Source: Chloroflexota bacterium
Lineage (GTDB): Bacteria > Desulfobacterota > Binatia > UBA9968
NCBI GenBank assembly: GCA_050257635.1
Contig: JBLMXG010000190.1
Coordinates: 3,992-67,991, forward strand
DNA length: 64,000 nucleotides
Reading direction: 5' to 3'
Position numbers and translations under genes: made by a program. This document shows, piece by piece, positions 9,200 to 18,107 of this stretch (position 1 is its first letter; every line of letters starts with the position of its first letter). Below the pieces are notes generated by a model. That model was not told the DNA's origin, did not search any database, and saw only the letters and a list, made by a program, of their open reading frames with translations.

Positions 9200-10369
9200 A
9201 TGTCGTACAAAATCCGCACGCGAGACGAGCACTTTGCCAATGACGGCAGTCCGAAGCGCATCCTCGCCCTCGACGGCGGCGGGCTGCGCGGCATCGTCAC
9301 GCTGTCGTTTCTCGCCGAGATCGAAGCGATCCTCCGAGAGCGCCACGGCGGGGCGGAGAAATTTCGCCTCAGCCACTATTTCGATTTGATCGCCGGCACT
9401 TCGACCGGCTCGATCATCGCCGCGGGGCTGGCGCGCGGCATGGCCGTGGCGGAGATCACCAAAAAATATCTGGAACTCGGTCAGCGGGTATTCCAGAAGA
9501 GCTGGCTGCGCCAGGGGTACATTCGGGCGCTGTACGATGAAGCCGGTTTGATCGAGGAGCTCAAACAAGTTTATGGACCGAGCACCTGCATGGGCGATCC
9601 GTCGTTGCAAACCGGCTTGCTGATCGTCACCAAGCGACTCGACACCGGCAGCACCTGGCCGGTGTCGAACAATCCACGCGGGAAATACTACAGCCCCCGG
9701 CCGAACAGCGAAGTAATCGCCAACTCCGCTTATCCGCTCTGGCAGGTCGTGCGCGCGTCAACTGCGGCGCCGCGCTATTTCGATCCGGAAAAGATCGAGA
9801 TCAGCCGCGGCAAAGCTGGCGAGGAGCCGATCGTCGGCGAGTTCGTCGACGGCGGCGTGAGCCCGTATAACAACCCTGCGCTGCAGGCGCTGATGTACGC
9901 GACTTTGGACGGCTATCGCATCGGTTGGCCGATGGGTGCGGATAAGTTGCTGCTGGTCTCGGTGGGCACGGGTTCGCGCGATCCCAAGACGGCGCCGGCG
10001 AAGTTGGCAGCGGAAAACGCCCTCAAGTCAATGCTCTCTCTGATGGACGACTGCGCCGAGCTGGTGGAAACCTTGCTTCAATGGATGTCGAGCAGCCACA
10101 CCGCGCGCGTGATCGATCGCGAGCTCGGCGACTTGCGCCACGACCTGGTCGCGTCAGCTCCGCTGATTAGCTACTCGCGCTACAACGTCGCGCTGTCCCA
10201 GGACTCCCTGACTTATCTGGGGTTTATATTCGAGGAAGAAAAAGTCGCAGAGTTGAGCGCGATGGACGATCCGGCGAACATGACGACGCTCGAGGGAATC
10301 GGCGCCAGGGCGGCGAATCAGCAGGTGCGCGGTGAAGATTTCCCCTCGAGCTTCGACTTGATGCCGTAG
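9200..10369 (+). CDS. Patatin-like phospholipase
   Basis: LDGGGLRG oxyanion loop, GTSTG nucleophile elbow (G-x-S-x-G), FVDGGV catalytic Asp motif. GGGAGGAGG SD. Confidence 0.9.
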   Translation: MSYKIRTRDEHFANDGSPKRILALDGGGLRGIVTLSFLAEIEAILRERHGGAEKFRLSHYFDLIAGTSTGSIIAAGLARGMAVAEITKKYLELGQRVFQKSWLRQGYIRALYDEAGLIEELKQVYGPSTCMGDPSLQTGLLIVTKRLDTGSTWPVSNNPRGKYYSPRPNSEVIANSAYPLWQVVRASTAAPRYFDPEKIEISRGKAGEEPIVGEFVDGGVSPYNNPALQALMYATLDGYRIGWPMGADKLLLVSVGTGSRDPKTAPAKLAAENALKSMLSLMDDCAELVETLLQWMSSSHTARVIDRELGDLRHDLVASAPLISYSRYNVALSQDSLTYLGFIFEEEKVAELSAMDDPANMTTLEGIGARAANQQVRGEDFPSSFDLMP

Positions 10370-10421
10370 AAATGGCCCAGCTCTGGCCGTTGCAAAAACC
10401 CGAAACGAGAAGAGGTGCGGC

Positions 10422-12419
10422 GTGAAGAATGTTTTCATCGTGCGGCCGTTCGGCGAGAAAGATGGTATCGATTTCGAGCGAGTGGAGGCCGATCTGATCC
10501 AACCGGCGATGAAACAGGCCGGACTTACCGGCGGCACCACGGGACAGATTCTCCAGCAGGGAAACATCCGCACCGACATGTTCGAACAGCTCTTGATCGC
10601 CGATCTGGTGATCGCCGATATTTCGATTCACAACGCCAATGTTTTTTACGAGCTGGGAATTCGCCACGCCCTGCGCGACAAGCGAACTTTTCTGATCAGA
10701 GCGAATGCGGACAAAGCAGGGGCGGCGGACGCAAATCCAAAGGACGTTCCCTTCGATCTCAAAACCGATCGCTATCTGGCCTATGATGCCAATAATCCCG
10801 GCGCCACTGTCAGTGTTCTAGCGGCGGCGCTCAGCGCTAGCTTGGATTCGCTCAACGCCGATAGCCCGGTTTACCAATTGCTGCCAGAGCTGGATCCCGC
10901 CGATCCGAGCGAGTTTCTGGTCGTGCCGCTCGATTTCCGCGAGGAAGTCCAGCGAGCCGAGGCGCTCAAAGATTGCGCCTACCTCCAGCTTCTCGGCGCA
11001 GAAGTGGATGGCTTTGCCTGGCGCGCCGCAGGTTTGCGCCGGGTCGGCCACGCACAGTTTCGCCTTAAGGATTGGTCCGGCGCCAAAGTGACCTGGCTAG
11101 CGGTACGCGACTATGACGATATGGATGTTGAAGCGAACGCATTGCTGGGCACGATTTACCAGCGGCTCGGCGACCTGGTGAGCTCGGATCAAGCCGTCGA
11201 GCGAGCGCTTCAGAACAAGGAGATTTCTCCGGCTCAGCGCGCCGAGATTCGCGCTTTGATCGGGCGAAATGCAAAGACTCAATGGGAGCAGAGCTGGGCG
11301 GGTGCGGCCGACCTCGATGCGACACAGCAATCGGCTCTCTCTTCTCCTTATCTCGAAAAGTCGTTTGAGCTTTACCGTGCCGGTTTCACCGAAGACCGCA
11401 ATCACTTTTATTCAGGGCTGAATGCGTTGGCGATGGTGACGATCATGACCGAGCTAGCGCAGGCGAAAACCGCGATCTGGGAAGACGGCTTCGACTCGAA
11501 GGAAGAGGCAACGCAAAAACTTCAGAAACTAAAAGAGCTACGCGGCGATCTCGCGGCCGGAGTCAGATTGGCGATCGAATCGAGGCAGGTTGCACTGGAG
11601 CGCACCGGTCAAAGCGACGTCTGGACCGAGATCAGCACGGCCGATCTGATCTGCTTGACCTCCAACCGTCCGGGCCGAGTCGGGCAAGCGTACAAGAAAG
11701 CGCTCGCCGATGCCTCGGAGCAGGCGCGCGACGCCGTGCGACGACAGCTGACGCTTTACCAACGGCTGGGAATTTTGCAGGACAACATTCAAGCTGGCCT
11801 TGACAATATCGCGCCGGGGGCAGGTAAGACCGCGGATGCGTCGCCGCGCGTGTTGTTATTTACGGGTCATCGAGTGGATGCTCCGGGTCGGAGCGCGCCG
11901 CGTTTTCCACCGGCGAAAGAATCGGAGGCGCGGGCGATGATTCTCGATGCCGTAAAAAGGGAGATGCAAAACCCCAATGGACGGATCTTTGGCATTTCCG
12001 GCGGCGCATCCGGCGCCGATATCTTATTCCAGGAGGTATGCGAGGAGATCGAGATTCCAAGTCAGATGTATCTGGTGTTGCCGAAAAGCGATTACATCAA
12101 AGCTTCGGTTGCGGATGGCGGGCCGGAGTGGGTCGAGCGTTTCAACCGCCTCTTCGACAAGCTTCAACCGAAGATCCTTTCCGACACCGACCAGTTGCCG
12201 CGCTGGCTCAGGGCGAAAATGGATTACAACCTCTGGCAGCGCTCCAATCTCTGGATGCTCCACAATGCGCTGTTTATATCCCAGGATCATGTGACGCTGA
12301 TCGCCTTGTGGAATGGCGCCACCGGCGACGGTCCGGGCGGCACCGAAGACATGGTCAAGCGCGCCCAAGACCGCGGCGCGAAATTTATCCATCTCGACGC
12401 GCGCAAGCTTGTCTCTTAG
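10422..12419 (+). CDS. 665-aa multidomain protein: N-terminal TIR / nucleoside 2-deoxyribosyltransferase-like (DRHyd) Rossmannoid module, central helical (TPR-like) region, C-terminal SLOG/LOG-like module
   Basis: GTG start 52 nt after the patatin stop, with GAGAAGAGG SD. N-terminus: VFIVRPFG...DLVIADIS...NANVFYELGIRHA. C-terminus (nt 11838-12416): LLFTGHR...GISGGASGADILF...GDGPGGTEDMV. The coding call is solid. The domain assignment is by motif only. Confidence 0.75.
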   Translation: MKNVFIVRPFGEKDGIDFERVEADLIQPAMKQAGLTGGTTGQILQQGNIRTDMFEQLLIADLVIADISIHNANVFYELGIRHALRDKRTFLIRANADKAGAADANPKDVPFDLKTDRYLAYDANNPGATVSVLAAALSASLDSLNADSPVYQLLPELDPADPSEFLVVPLDFREEVQRAEALKDCAYLQLLGAEVDGFAWRAAGLRRVGHAQFRLKDWSGAKVTWLAVRDYDDMDVEANALLGTIYQRLGDLVSSDQAVERALQNKEISPAQRAEIRALIGRNAKTQWEQSWAGAADLDATQQSALSSPYLEKSFELYRAGFTEDRNHFYSGLNALAMVTIMTELAQAKTAIWEDGFDSKEEATQKLQKLKELRGDLAAGVRLAIESRQVALERTGQSDVWTEISTADLICLTSNRPGRVGQAYKKALADASEQARDAVRRQLTLYQRLGILQDNIQAGLDNIAPGAGKTADASPRVLLFTGHRVDAPGRSAPRFPPAKESEARAMILDAVKREMQNPNGRIFGISGGASGADILFQEVCEEIEIPSQMYLVLPKSDYIKASVADGGPEWVERFNRLFDKLQPKILSDTDQLPRWLRAKMDYNLWQRSNLWMLHNALFISQDHVTLIALWNGATGDGPGGTEDMVKRAQDRGAKFIHLDARKLVS

Positions 12420-12541
12420 CGCGCCGGAATCTCGGTCCAATGCCTGTCAAATAGTGCCATTCGCCGGACGCCTCCCTGGAAGATTGCAAAGCTTATCATC
12501 ATCATTCTATGATCCGGCGCAAATCGTAAAGGAGCGATTCC

Positions 12542-12955
12542 ATGTCGATTGCCGGACTTCGTTTTGGCCATGTTGCGTTTAAAGTCGCCGACGTCGAGCG
12601 CAGTGTACGCTGGTACGGCGACGCCTTCGGGGCAACAAAAATGTATCACGCTCCGGCGCAGGGAGATCGGCCCGAACTCATGTTTTTGGAATTTTCCAAA
12701 GGGCAATATATCGAGCTCTTCACCGGCGGCAAAAACATCTTGCCGTCGCCGGTGGACCCGATCGGTTACGTTCACTTCTGTTTGGTGGTGGATAATCTCG
12801 AACAAGCCCTCGAACATCTGGCGAAGATGAATGTAAAGCCCGAACGCAAATTTATTGGCCGCGCCCAGCAACGCATCGCCTTCATCTCCGATCCCGACGG
12901 TAACAGCATTGAGTTGATGGAAATTCCGCCGGAGTCGGAAATCTATCGGGCGTAA
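12542..12955 (+). CDS. VOC (glyoxalase/bleomycin resistance/dioxygenase) family protein
   Basis: 137 aa: FGHVAFKVADVERSVRWY...GYVHFCLVVDNLEQALEHL...AFISDPDGNSIELME. Confidence 0.85.
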   Translation: MSIAGLRFGHVAFKVADVERSVRWYGDAFGATKMYHAPAQGDRPELMFLEFSKGQYIELFTGGKNILPSPVDPIGYVHFCLVVDNLEQALEHLAKMNVKPERKFIGRAQQRIAFISDPDGNSIELMEIPPESEIYRA

Positions 12956-13132
12956 ATTCATGCACTGAGAGGTGTTTCGCGTCGGACTACGGGCTTTTCT
13001 GCGCACGTCCTCGCCGCGGCGTTTGGCTCACGCGAAGGATCGCTGCGCAGAAAATCGCGATCGCGATTATTTACAGCGCCTCGACTACGCAAAAGCGCCG
13101 CTTTAGCTTCGCTAATTGATTGCCGCCTAGGT

Positions 13133-13154
13133 GCGGGTTTGAAACCCGCCCTAC
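13133..13154 (-). repeat. REP-like element: GTAG head plus hairpin (GTAGGGCGGGTTTCAAACCCGC on the minus strand)
   Basis: Lies 5 nt downstream of the stop of the 13159..14022 gene. It is 21/22 identical to 46224-46245, in the same orientation. Confidence 0.5.
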
Positions 13155-13158
13155 GTTT

Positions 13159-14022
13159 TCAATAGCCGTACTTTTTTTCCAGCGCTCGAAGCTCTTCGTT
13201 GCCTAGATTGGCGTACCATTTGCGCGTGTCTTCGATGCCCGGCGTGTTTTTAAAATAGCCGGCCTCGGTGCCGTTTTTCATGAGCTCCTCCAAGCATTGG
13301 CGCATGCCGTGCAGCGCCGCGACCTGCAAGACGGTCGGGATGCAACCGACGCGACCGCCGAGCTCACCCCAGCGCTGTACGGGCATCACCTGACGCGGCG
13401 GCACGCCGACCAACGGTTTGCCGAGCCTCGCGTAGGCTTTGATGTCGTCTTCGGAGCGCGCGCTCAGCCAGGCGGCGTCGGCGCCGGCTTCGATGCTGGC
13501 CTGGGTGCGCTCCAGTCGTTCCTGCAAGGAATCCTTGGCTTCTGAGCGGGCGATGATTACGAGATTTTCATCGCGGCGCGTATCGACCGCTGCCTTGATC
13601 TTGTTGACGAACTCCGCTTTCGAAACCAGACCGACGTCGAAGCCTTCGTGGCCGGCGCGCTTGGGCGTCATCTGATCCTCGATATGAACTGCGGCGACTC
13701 CCGCTTTTTCGAATTCGCGCATGGCGCGCGCCACGTTGACGGCGTTGCCGTAGCCGGTTTCGGCGTCGCTGACAATGGGAATATTTACCGCGTCGACGAT
13801 CTCACGGGCCCGGTTGGTCATTTCTGTCAGCGTGAGCAAGCCGGCGTCGGCGAAGCCAAGCGAGCGGTGCTGGCCGCTGCCTGAAATATGCACGAGAGGA
13901 AAGCCGAGCCATTCCACCAGCCGAGCTTGAATGCCATCGTTGCAACTCGGAGCTAAATGACAGGCGGGCTCTGCGAGCAACTTGCGCAGCGTTTTACGTT
14001 TTTCAGTTGCGGTTGGTTCCAT
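13159..14022 (-). CDS. Isocitrate lyase / PEP mutase family protein
   Basis: 287 aa: LLAEPACHLAPSCNDGIQARLVE..., SDAETGYGN, VAAVHIEDQ. Confidence 0.85.
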   Translation of the reverse strand: MEPTATEKRKTLRKLLAEPACHLAPSCNDGIQARLVEWLGFPLVHISGSGQHRSLGFADAGLLTLTEMTNRAREIVDAVNIPIVSDAETGYGNAVNVARAMREFEKAGVAAVHIEDQMTPKRAGHEGFDVGLVSKAEFVNKIKAAVDTRRDENLVIIARSEAKDSLQERLERTQASIEAGADAAWLSARSEDDIKAYARLGKPLVGVPPRQVMPVQRWGELGGRVGCIPTVLQVAALHGMRQCLEELMKNGTEAGYFKNTPGIEDTRKWYANLGNEELRALEKKYGY

Positions 14023-14108
14023 TTTGGGTTTTTCCTTTCAAGTATCGATCGTTTCATTTGTCGGATAGGGCGACCGCCGGTCGCTCCCGCATCGTTGCGA
14101 TGATCAGC

Positions 14109-14792
14109 CTAAGCACGCCGAGTTCCTGCTCGTGCGAATTCATCTCTTCGTCCGACGGTTGCTTTGAGTAGCTCGGGCGGAATCGCTTTGGCGCCGCCGA
14201 GCACCTCGGCGAAGATCGCCATCTGCGCCGCTTCCTCGACGATCAAATTAGCCCGCGCCGCGGCGGCGGGATCGGCGCCGAACGCGAGCACGCCGTGGTT
14301 TTCCAGAAGCACGGCCTTGGCATTTTTCGCCGTGCTCAAGGCGACGGCGATATTCGTAACAGACTCGGCGGAGCCCCGCGGTCCGTATTTCGCCAGCGGG
14401 ACGCCGTCGATCATATCTTGGCGCACCAGGGCTTCGTACGAACAACTGAGGGGGCGGCTCGCCAGCGCGAAGCTGGTCGCGTAAGTCGAATGCGTATGCA
14501 CCACCGCGCCGGACTCGGGCCGCTCTTTGTAGACGATCGCGTGCATATGGACGATCTCGGCGTTGGTCGGATTGATCTCGCCTTCGAGCAGCTTGCCGTC
14601 GAGGTCGAGCAGCGCGAGATTTTCCGGCTTCAAATTGTCGAACGAGCTGGTGGCGGTGAGTAAAATCGTGTCGGTGTTCGGTACGCGCACGCTGAAATTG
14701 CCATGGTGGGTCATCGATATCGCGCCGGTGCGCACGAGAAAATTGGCACTCTCGATCACCGCTTGACGCAGTTCTTTGTAGTTCATCGCCAT
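14109..14792 (-). CDS. Class II aldolase/adducin family protein
   Basis: 227 aa: HGNFSVRV...AEIVHMHAIVY...VVHTHSTYATSFA...LLENHGVLAFG. Confidence 0.85.
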   Translation of the reverse strand: MAMNYKELRQAVIESANFLVRTGAISMTHHGNFSVRVPNTDTILLTATSSFDNLKPENLALLDLDGKLLEGEINPTNAEIVHMHAIVYKERPESGAVVHTHSTYATSFALASRPLSCSYEALVRQDMIDGVPLAKYGPRGSAESVTNIAVALSTAKNAKAVLLENHGVLAFGADPAAAARANLIVEEAAQMAIFAEVLGGAKAIPPELLKATVGRRDEFARAGTRRA

Positions 14793-14832
14793 AGGATCTC
14801 CTTTGTGTGTGAGCGGTAGGATTTGATTGGCA

Positions 14833-15513
14833 TCAATCGTTGTTCACTTGGCTCCCAAAATATTCCCAGGCCCGGTTCGACACTTCTTCGCTTGAAACCT
14901 GCGGGTAAATGACTGCCAATTCTTCTGGTGTAAAATAACGCGGCTTGCCCGCCGACATGGCGCGCAACTGATAATTCGCCGCCTCTTCCATCCATAGCGT
15001 CATAATGCAGACGCGCTTCACGTCTATATCGGCGACATTGACGCCGTGGCCGCGCAGCAGCATCGCCCCATGCGTGCCTAAAGTTTTAGCGACCTGATCG
15101 CCCAGCTCGCGGGTTCGGATCAGCGTGATCGGGTCAAACACTTGCACGTTGTTTTTGAAGATCGCGCCGGAAGCGTGCAGCGGGCGGATCGTCTCGCCGA
15201 GGGAACTCAGCACCACGCAGCTCGGTGGATGAACGTGGCAGACCGACTGAACATCGGGCCGCGCTTTGTAAATCCTTGCGTGAATCCAAAATTCGGTGTT
15301 CGGCCGACCGTCTCCGGATAATTGATGGCCGTTGACATCGAGCTCTAATAGGTTGTCCAAGCGCACTAGCGCCGGGCTCATGCGCGGCGGAAAGATGAAC
15401 CGGTCCGTGCCGGGAATACGCGCGCTCACGTGGCCGAAGGCGGCGGCGATTCCCTGTTGGTGCAATATATGGCTCGCCGTGACGATGTCTTGCTTGAGTT
15501 GGTCGATATCCAT
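14833..15513 (-). CDS. Class II aldolase/adducin family protein (paralog)
   Basis: 226 aa: FGHVSARIPG...FWIHARIYKARPDVQSVCHVHPP...LLRGHGVNV. Confidence 0.85.
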   Translation of the reverse strand: MDIDQLKQDIVTASHILHQQGIAAAFGHVSARIPGTDRFIFPPRMSPALVRLDNLLELDVNGHQLSGDGRPNTEFWIHARIYKARPDVQSVCHVHPPSCVVLSSLGETIRPLHASGAIFKNNVQVFDPITLIRTRELGDQVAKTLGTHGAMLLRGHGVNVADIDVKRVCIMTLWMEEAANYQLRAMSAGKPRYFTPEELAVIYPQVSSEEVSNRAWEYFGSQVNND

Positions 15514-15534
15514 TCGGTGCGCTCGATGAATCTT

Positions 15535-16626
15535 TCAATCGAAGTGATACAACCGCTGCGGATTGTTCGAGAGGATTTTCTCGACGGTTGCATCGCTCAG
15601 ATCGCCGCGAGCTTTGAGGCCGTTGGCGAGTTGATCCTGGCGAAAGGCATCACCATGAGGAAAGTCGGTGGCGGTGACCAAAAAATCGTCGCCGACTTTG
15701 CTCTGAATGTAAGGGATGTCGTCGTCGATGGCGCAGGAGACGAAGACGCGTTCGGCGAGCCATTGGTTGATTTTTGCGCCCTCGCCGGCGCGAAGTCCTT
15801 TCACCAACCGTACGGTCCAATCCGCGCCCGCCTCCAGAAACGCCACGCGAAGGTTGGGAAAGTCGTCGAGCAATTTCGAGCCGAGAATTTGTTGAAAGGC
15901 ATAAAGCACGTACGGGCCGCTCACCAGCCCCTTGCTGAGCGGATGGACATGGGGGCGCGAATCTTCGTAGGTCGGCCGGGGCACGCCCTGAAACATTTCA
16001 CGGATCATCGGGCTTGAACCATTACCGACGTGCACGGTGATCGGCAAATCTTGACGCTCCGCCTCTTGGTAGATCGGCCAGTGGTCGGGATGGGTGAGCG
16101 GCCGGTCCCATTCGATGCCCCGGGCGTAAATTCCCGCAACGGCGCCGAGCGCTTTGACGCGGCGAATTTCCTGCGTCGCTAAATCCGGCCGGCGCCAGGG
16201 GACAATCGCGACGAAATGGATGCGTCCCCCCGACAGGCCACACTGCGTCGCCATGAACTGGTTGTAGCTGCGCGTGAGCGCTGCTTCCAATTCAACGTTT
16301 TCTGCCAAACAGCCGAGCCAGATCGACGGAAAAACCACTTGCTTGTCGATGCCTAACTCGTCCATGTAGCGCAGACGCTGCTGGACATCGCGCATTTCTT
16401 GCACCGGGATCGGCACGTCTTTTTCCGACGCGCGCTTCATCGCGGTTGGATTGGCCGCGAAGAAACGGAGCTTGTAATCGATCACCCAGGCGGCATTGTG
16501 CGTGCCGAAACAGGTGTCTTCCGGAAAAGTGACCGGGATCGGCCTCAAAAGGTAAAACTCGGGGTCAAGATACTGCCAAGTGTCGACGCATTCCTCGACG
16601 TGGGCATCGCAATCAATCACTGTCAC
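15535..16626 (-). CDS. Amidohydrolase_2 family protein (ACMSD/LigW-type metal-dependent hydrolase/decarboxylase)
   Basis: MTVIDCDAHVEE... N-terminal H-x-H type motif, ...ATDFPHGD near the C-terminus. Confidence 0.85.
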   Translation of the reverse strand: MTVIDCDAHVEECVDTWQYLDPEFYLLRPIPVTFPEDTCFGTHNAAWVIDYKLRFFAANPTAMKRASEKDVPIPVQEMRDVQQRLRYMDELGIDKQVVFPSIWLGCLAENVELEAALTRSYNQFMATQCGLSGGRIHFVAIVPWRRPDLATQEIRRVKALGAVAGIYARGIEWDRPLTHPDHWPIYQEAERQDLPITVHVGNGSSPMIREMFQGVPRPTYEDSRPHVHPLSKGLVSGPYVLYAFQQILGSKLLDDFPNLRVAFLEAGADWTVRLVKGLRAGEGAKINQWLAERVFVSCAIDDDIPYIQSKVGDDFLVTATDFPHGDAFRQDQLANGLKARGDLSDATVEKILSNNPQRLYHFD

Positions 16627-16678
16627 GGATTTTTCTCCTTGTTGCGCGACGCAAGAGCCGTTCCGGTTCTTCCACTAC

Positions 16679-17842
16679 CTATTTCACAATCCCTTGCGCG
16701 CGTAAATCACTCACCTCAGCGGCGCTTAGGCCGAGAACACCGCTGAGAACCTCAGCCGTGTGCTGGCCGAGGGCGGGAGAGTCGGTGCGAATGCTCGGCG
16801 GAGTCTTCGACATATGAATCCATGGGGCCAAAAGCTTGGTCGGTCCGGCGCTCGGATGATTGCGATCGATGAAGGCTTTGCGCTCTTTGATATGCGGATC
16901 GTCGATCACCTCGCCCATCGACAACACCGGGGCGCCAAAATAATCGATGGCGCGCAGCCCATCCCAAAGTTCCTGTCGAGTTTTGCCACGAGCCCAGGAA
17001 CGAATCAGCTCGTACAATTCGGAGCGATGCTGCTTGCGCGCCGCTGCGGTCGCGAATCGCGAGTCTTCGAGCAAATCGTCGCGGCCCATGAACTTGGCGA
17101 GCTTGACCCATCCGCTGTCGCTGAGTTCCGGTACGCGCAAAGTGAAGTACCCGTCCGCAACCGGGACCGGCTTGTTGCCGATCTCGATGCCGATAAAGTG
17201 CTCGTGGAACTCGCTGATCATGAAGCCGAGCAACGCTTCCTGCATCGATACGACGATTCTTTGCCCCTCGCCGGTGCGCCCGCGCCCGTGCAGCGCGGCA
17301 AGAATGCCGCACACCATGCTGACGCCGGCCGCCTCGTCGCCGATGCCGATCGCCTTGGTGCCGGACGCCCCGCTGTAATTCCATCCCGTGTGTGTCCAGC
17401 CGGTCATGCTGTTATTGGTATGCGCGGTGCTGCCGTAGTCTTTGTAGGGCCCGGTCTCGCCGAAGCCGCGCGAGCAGGCGTAAATCAAGCGCGGATTAAT
17501 CTTCTGTAAGTCTTCGTAGCCGAGACCGAATTTCTCCATCGTTCCCGTGTGATAATTCTCCACGACGACATCGGCCTTCGCTATGAGCTTGCGCGCCAGC
17601 TCCACACCTTCCGGGGTTTTCAAATTCAGCACAACACTTTTTTTATTGGCGTTGACCCAGAGGAATTCATAGCCGTCGACTTTCGAATTAGGCGGCATCC
17701 ACGAACGGCGAAAGCCGTCGCCCGCGGGCGGTTCGATTTTAATGATCTCCGCGCCCAGGTGGCCGAGCAGCATGGTGCAAAACGGTCCGTTCAAAGCGTG
17801 GGTGAAATCGATCACGCGAATGTCGTCGAGTGCGCCGGCCAT
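16679..17842 (-). CDS. Family III CoA-transferase (CaiB/BaiF family)
   Basis: LDDIRVIDFTHALNGPFCTMLLGHLGAEIIKIEPP is typical of the family. Confidence 0.9.
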   Translation of the reverse strand: MAGALDDIRVIDFTHALNGPFCTMLLGHLGAEIIKIEPPAGDGFRRSWMPPNSKVDGYEFLWVNANKKSVVLNLKTPEGVELARKLIAKADVVVENYHTGTMEKFGLGYEDLQKINPRLIYACSRGFGETGPYKDYGSTAHTNNSMTGWTHTGWNYSGASGTKAIGIGDEAAGVSMVCGILAALHGRGRTGEGQRIVVSMQEALLGFMISEFHEHFIGIEIGNKPVPVADGYFTLRVPELSDSGWVKLAKFMGRDDLLEDSRFATAAARKQHRSELYELIRSWARGKTRQELWDGLRAIDYFGAPVLSMGEVIDDPHIKERKAFIDRNHPSAGPTKLLAPWIHMSKTPPSIRTDSPALGQHTAEVLSGVLGLSAAEVSDLRAQGIVK

Positions 17843-18107
17843 GGAGTACCTCCGTAGTCAGAAAAGGATAAAGGATGAGGACAGAAGGATAAAAACAATT
17901 CCGATATTTTGTTTTACCGATTGAGTCATTTCGTTGGCCGGAACATAGCATGAAATGGCATCGAGACAACAGAAATTCAGACCAGCTCGCGGCCGAATTT
18001 TCCCAGCTGAAAACTTGACCGAAGTCTTTGTTGGGACTAGCGTACCCCGCGGTACTTTCGAATGACCCAAAACTGGTTCGCTGAACGGCAGAGACCGAGG
18101 AGGTAAG

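Noticed and set aside
13053-13068. Perfect 16-bp palindrome AATCGCGATCGCGATT as an operator or terminator.
   Set aside because: It is a single occurrence with no adjacent regulator gene. It gives only a weak hairpin (6 bp) with a poor T-run. The evidence is insufficient.
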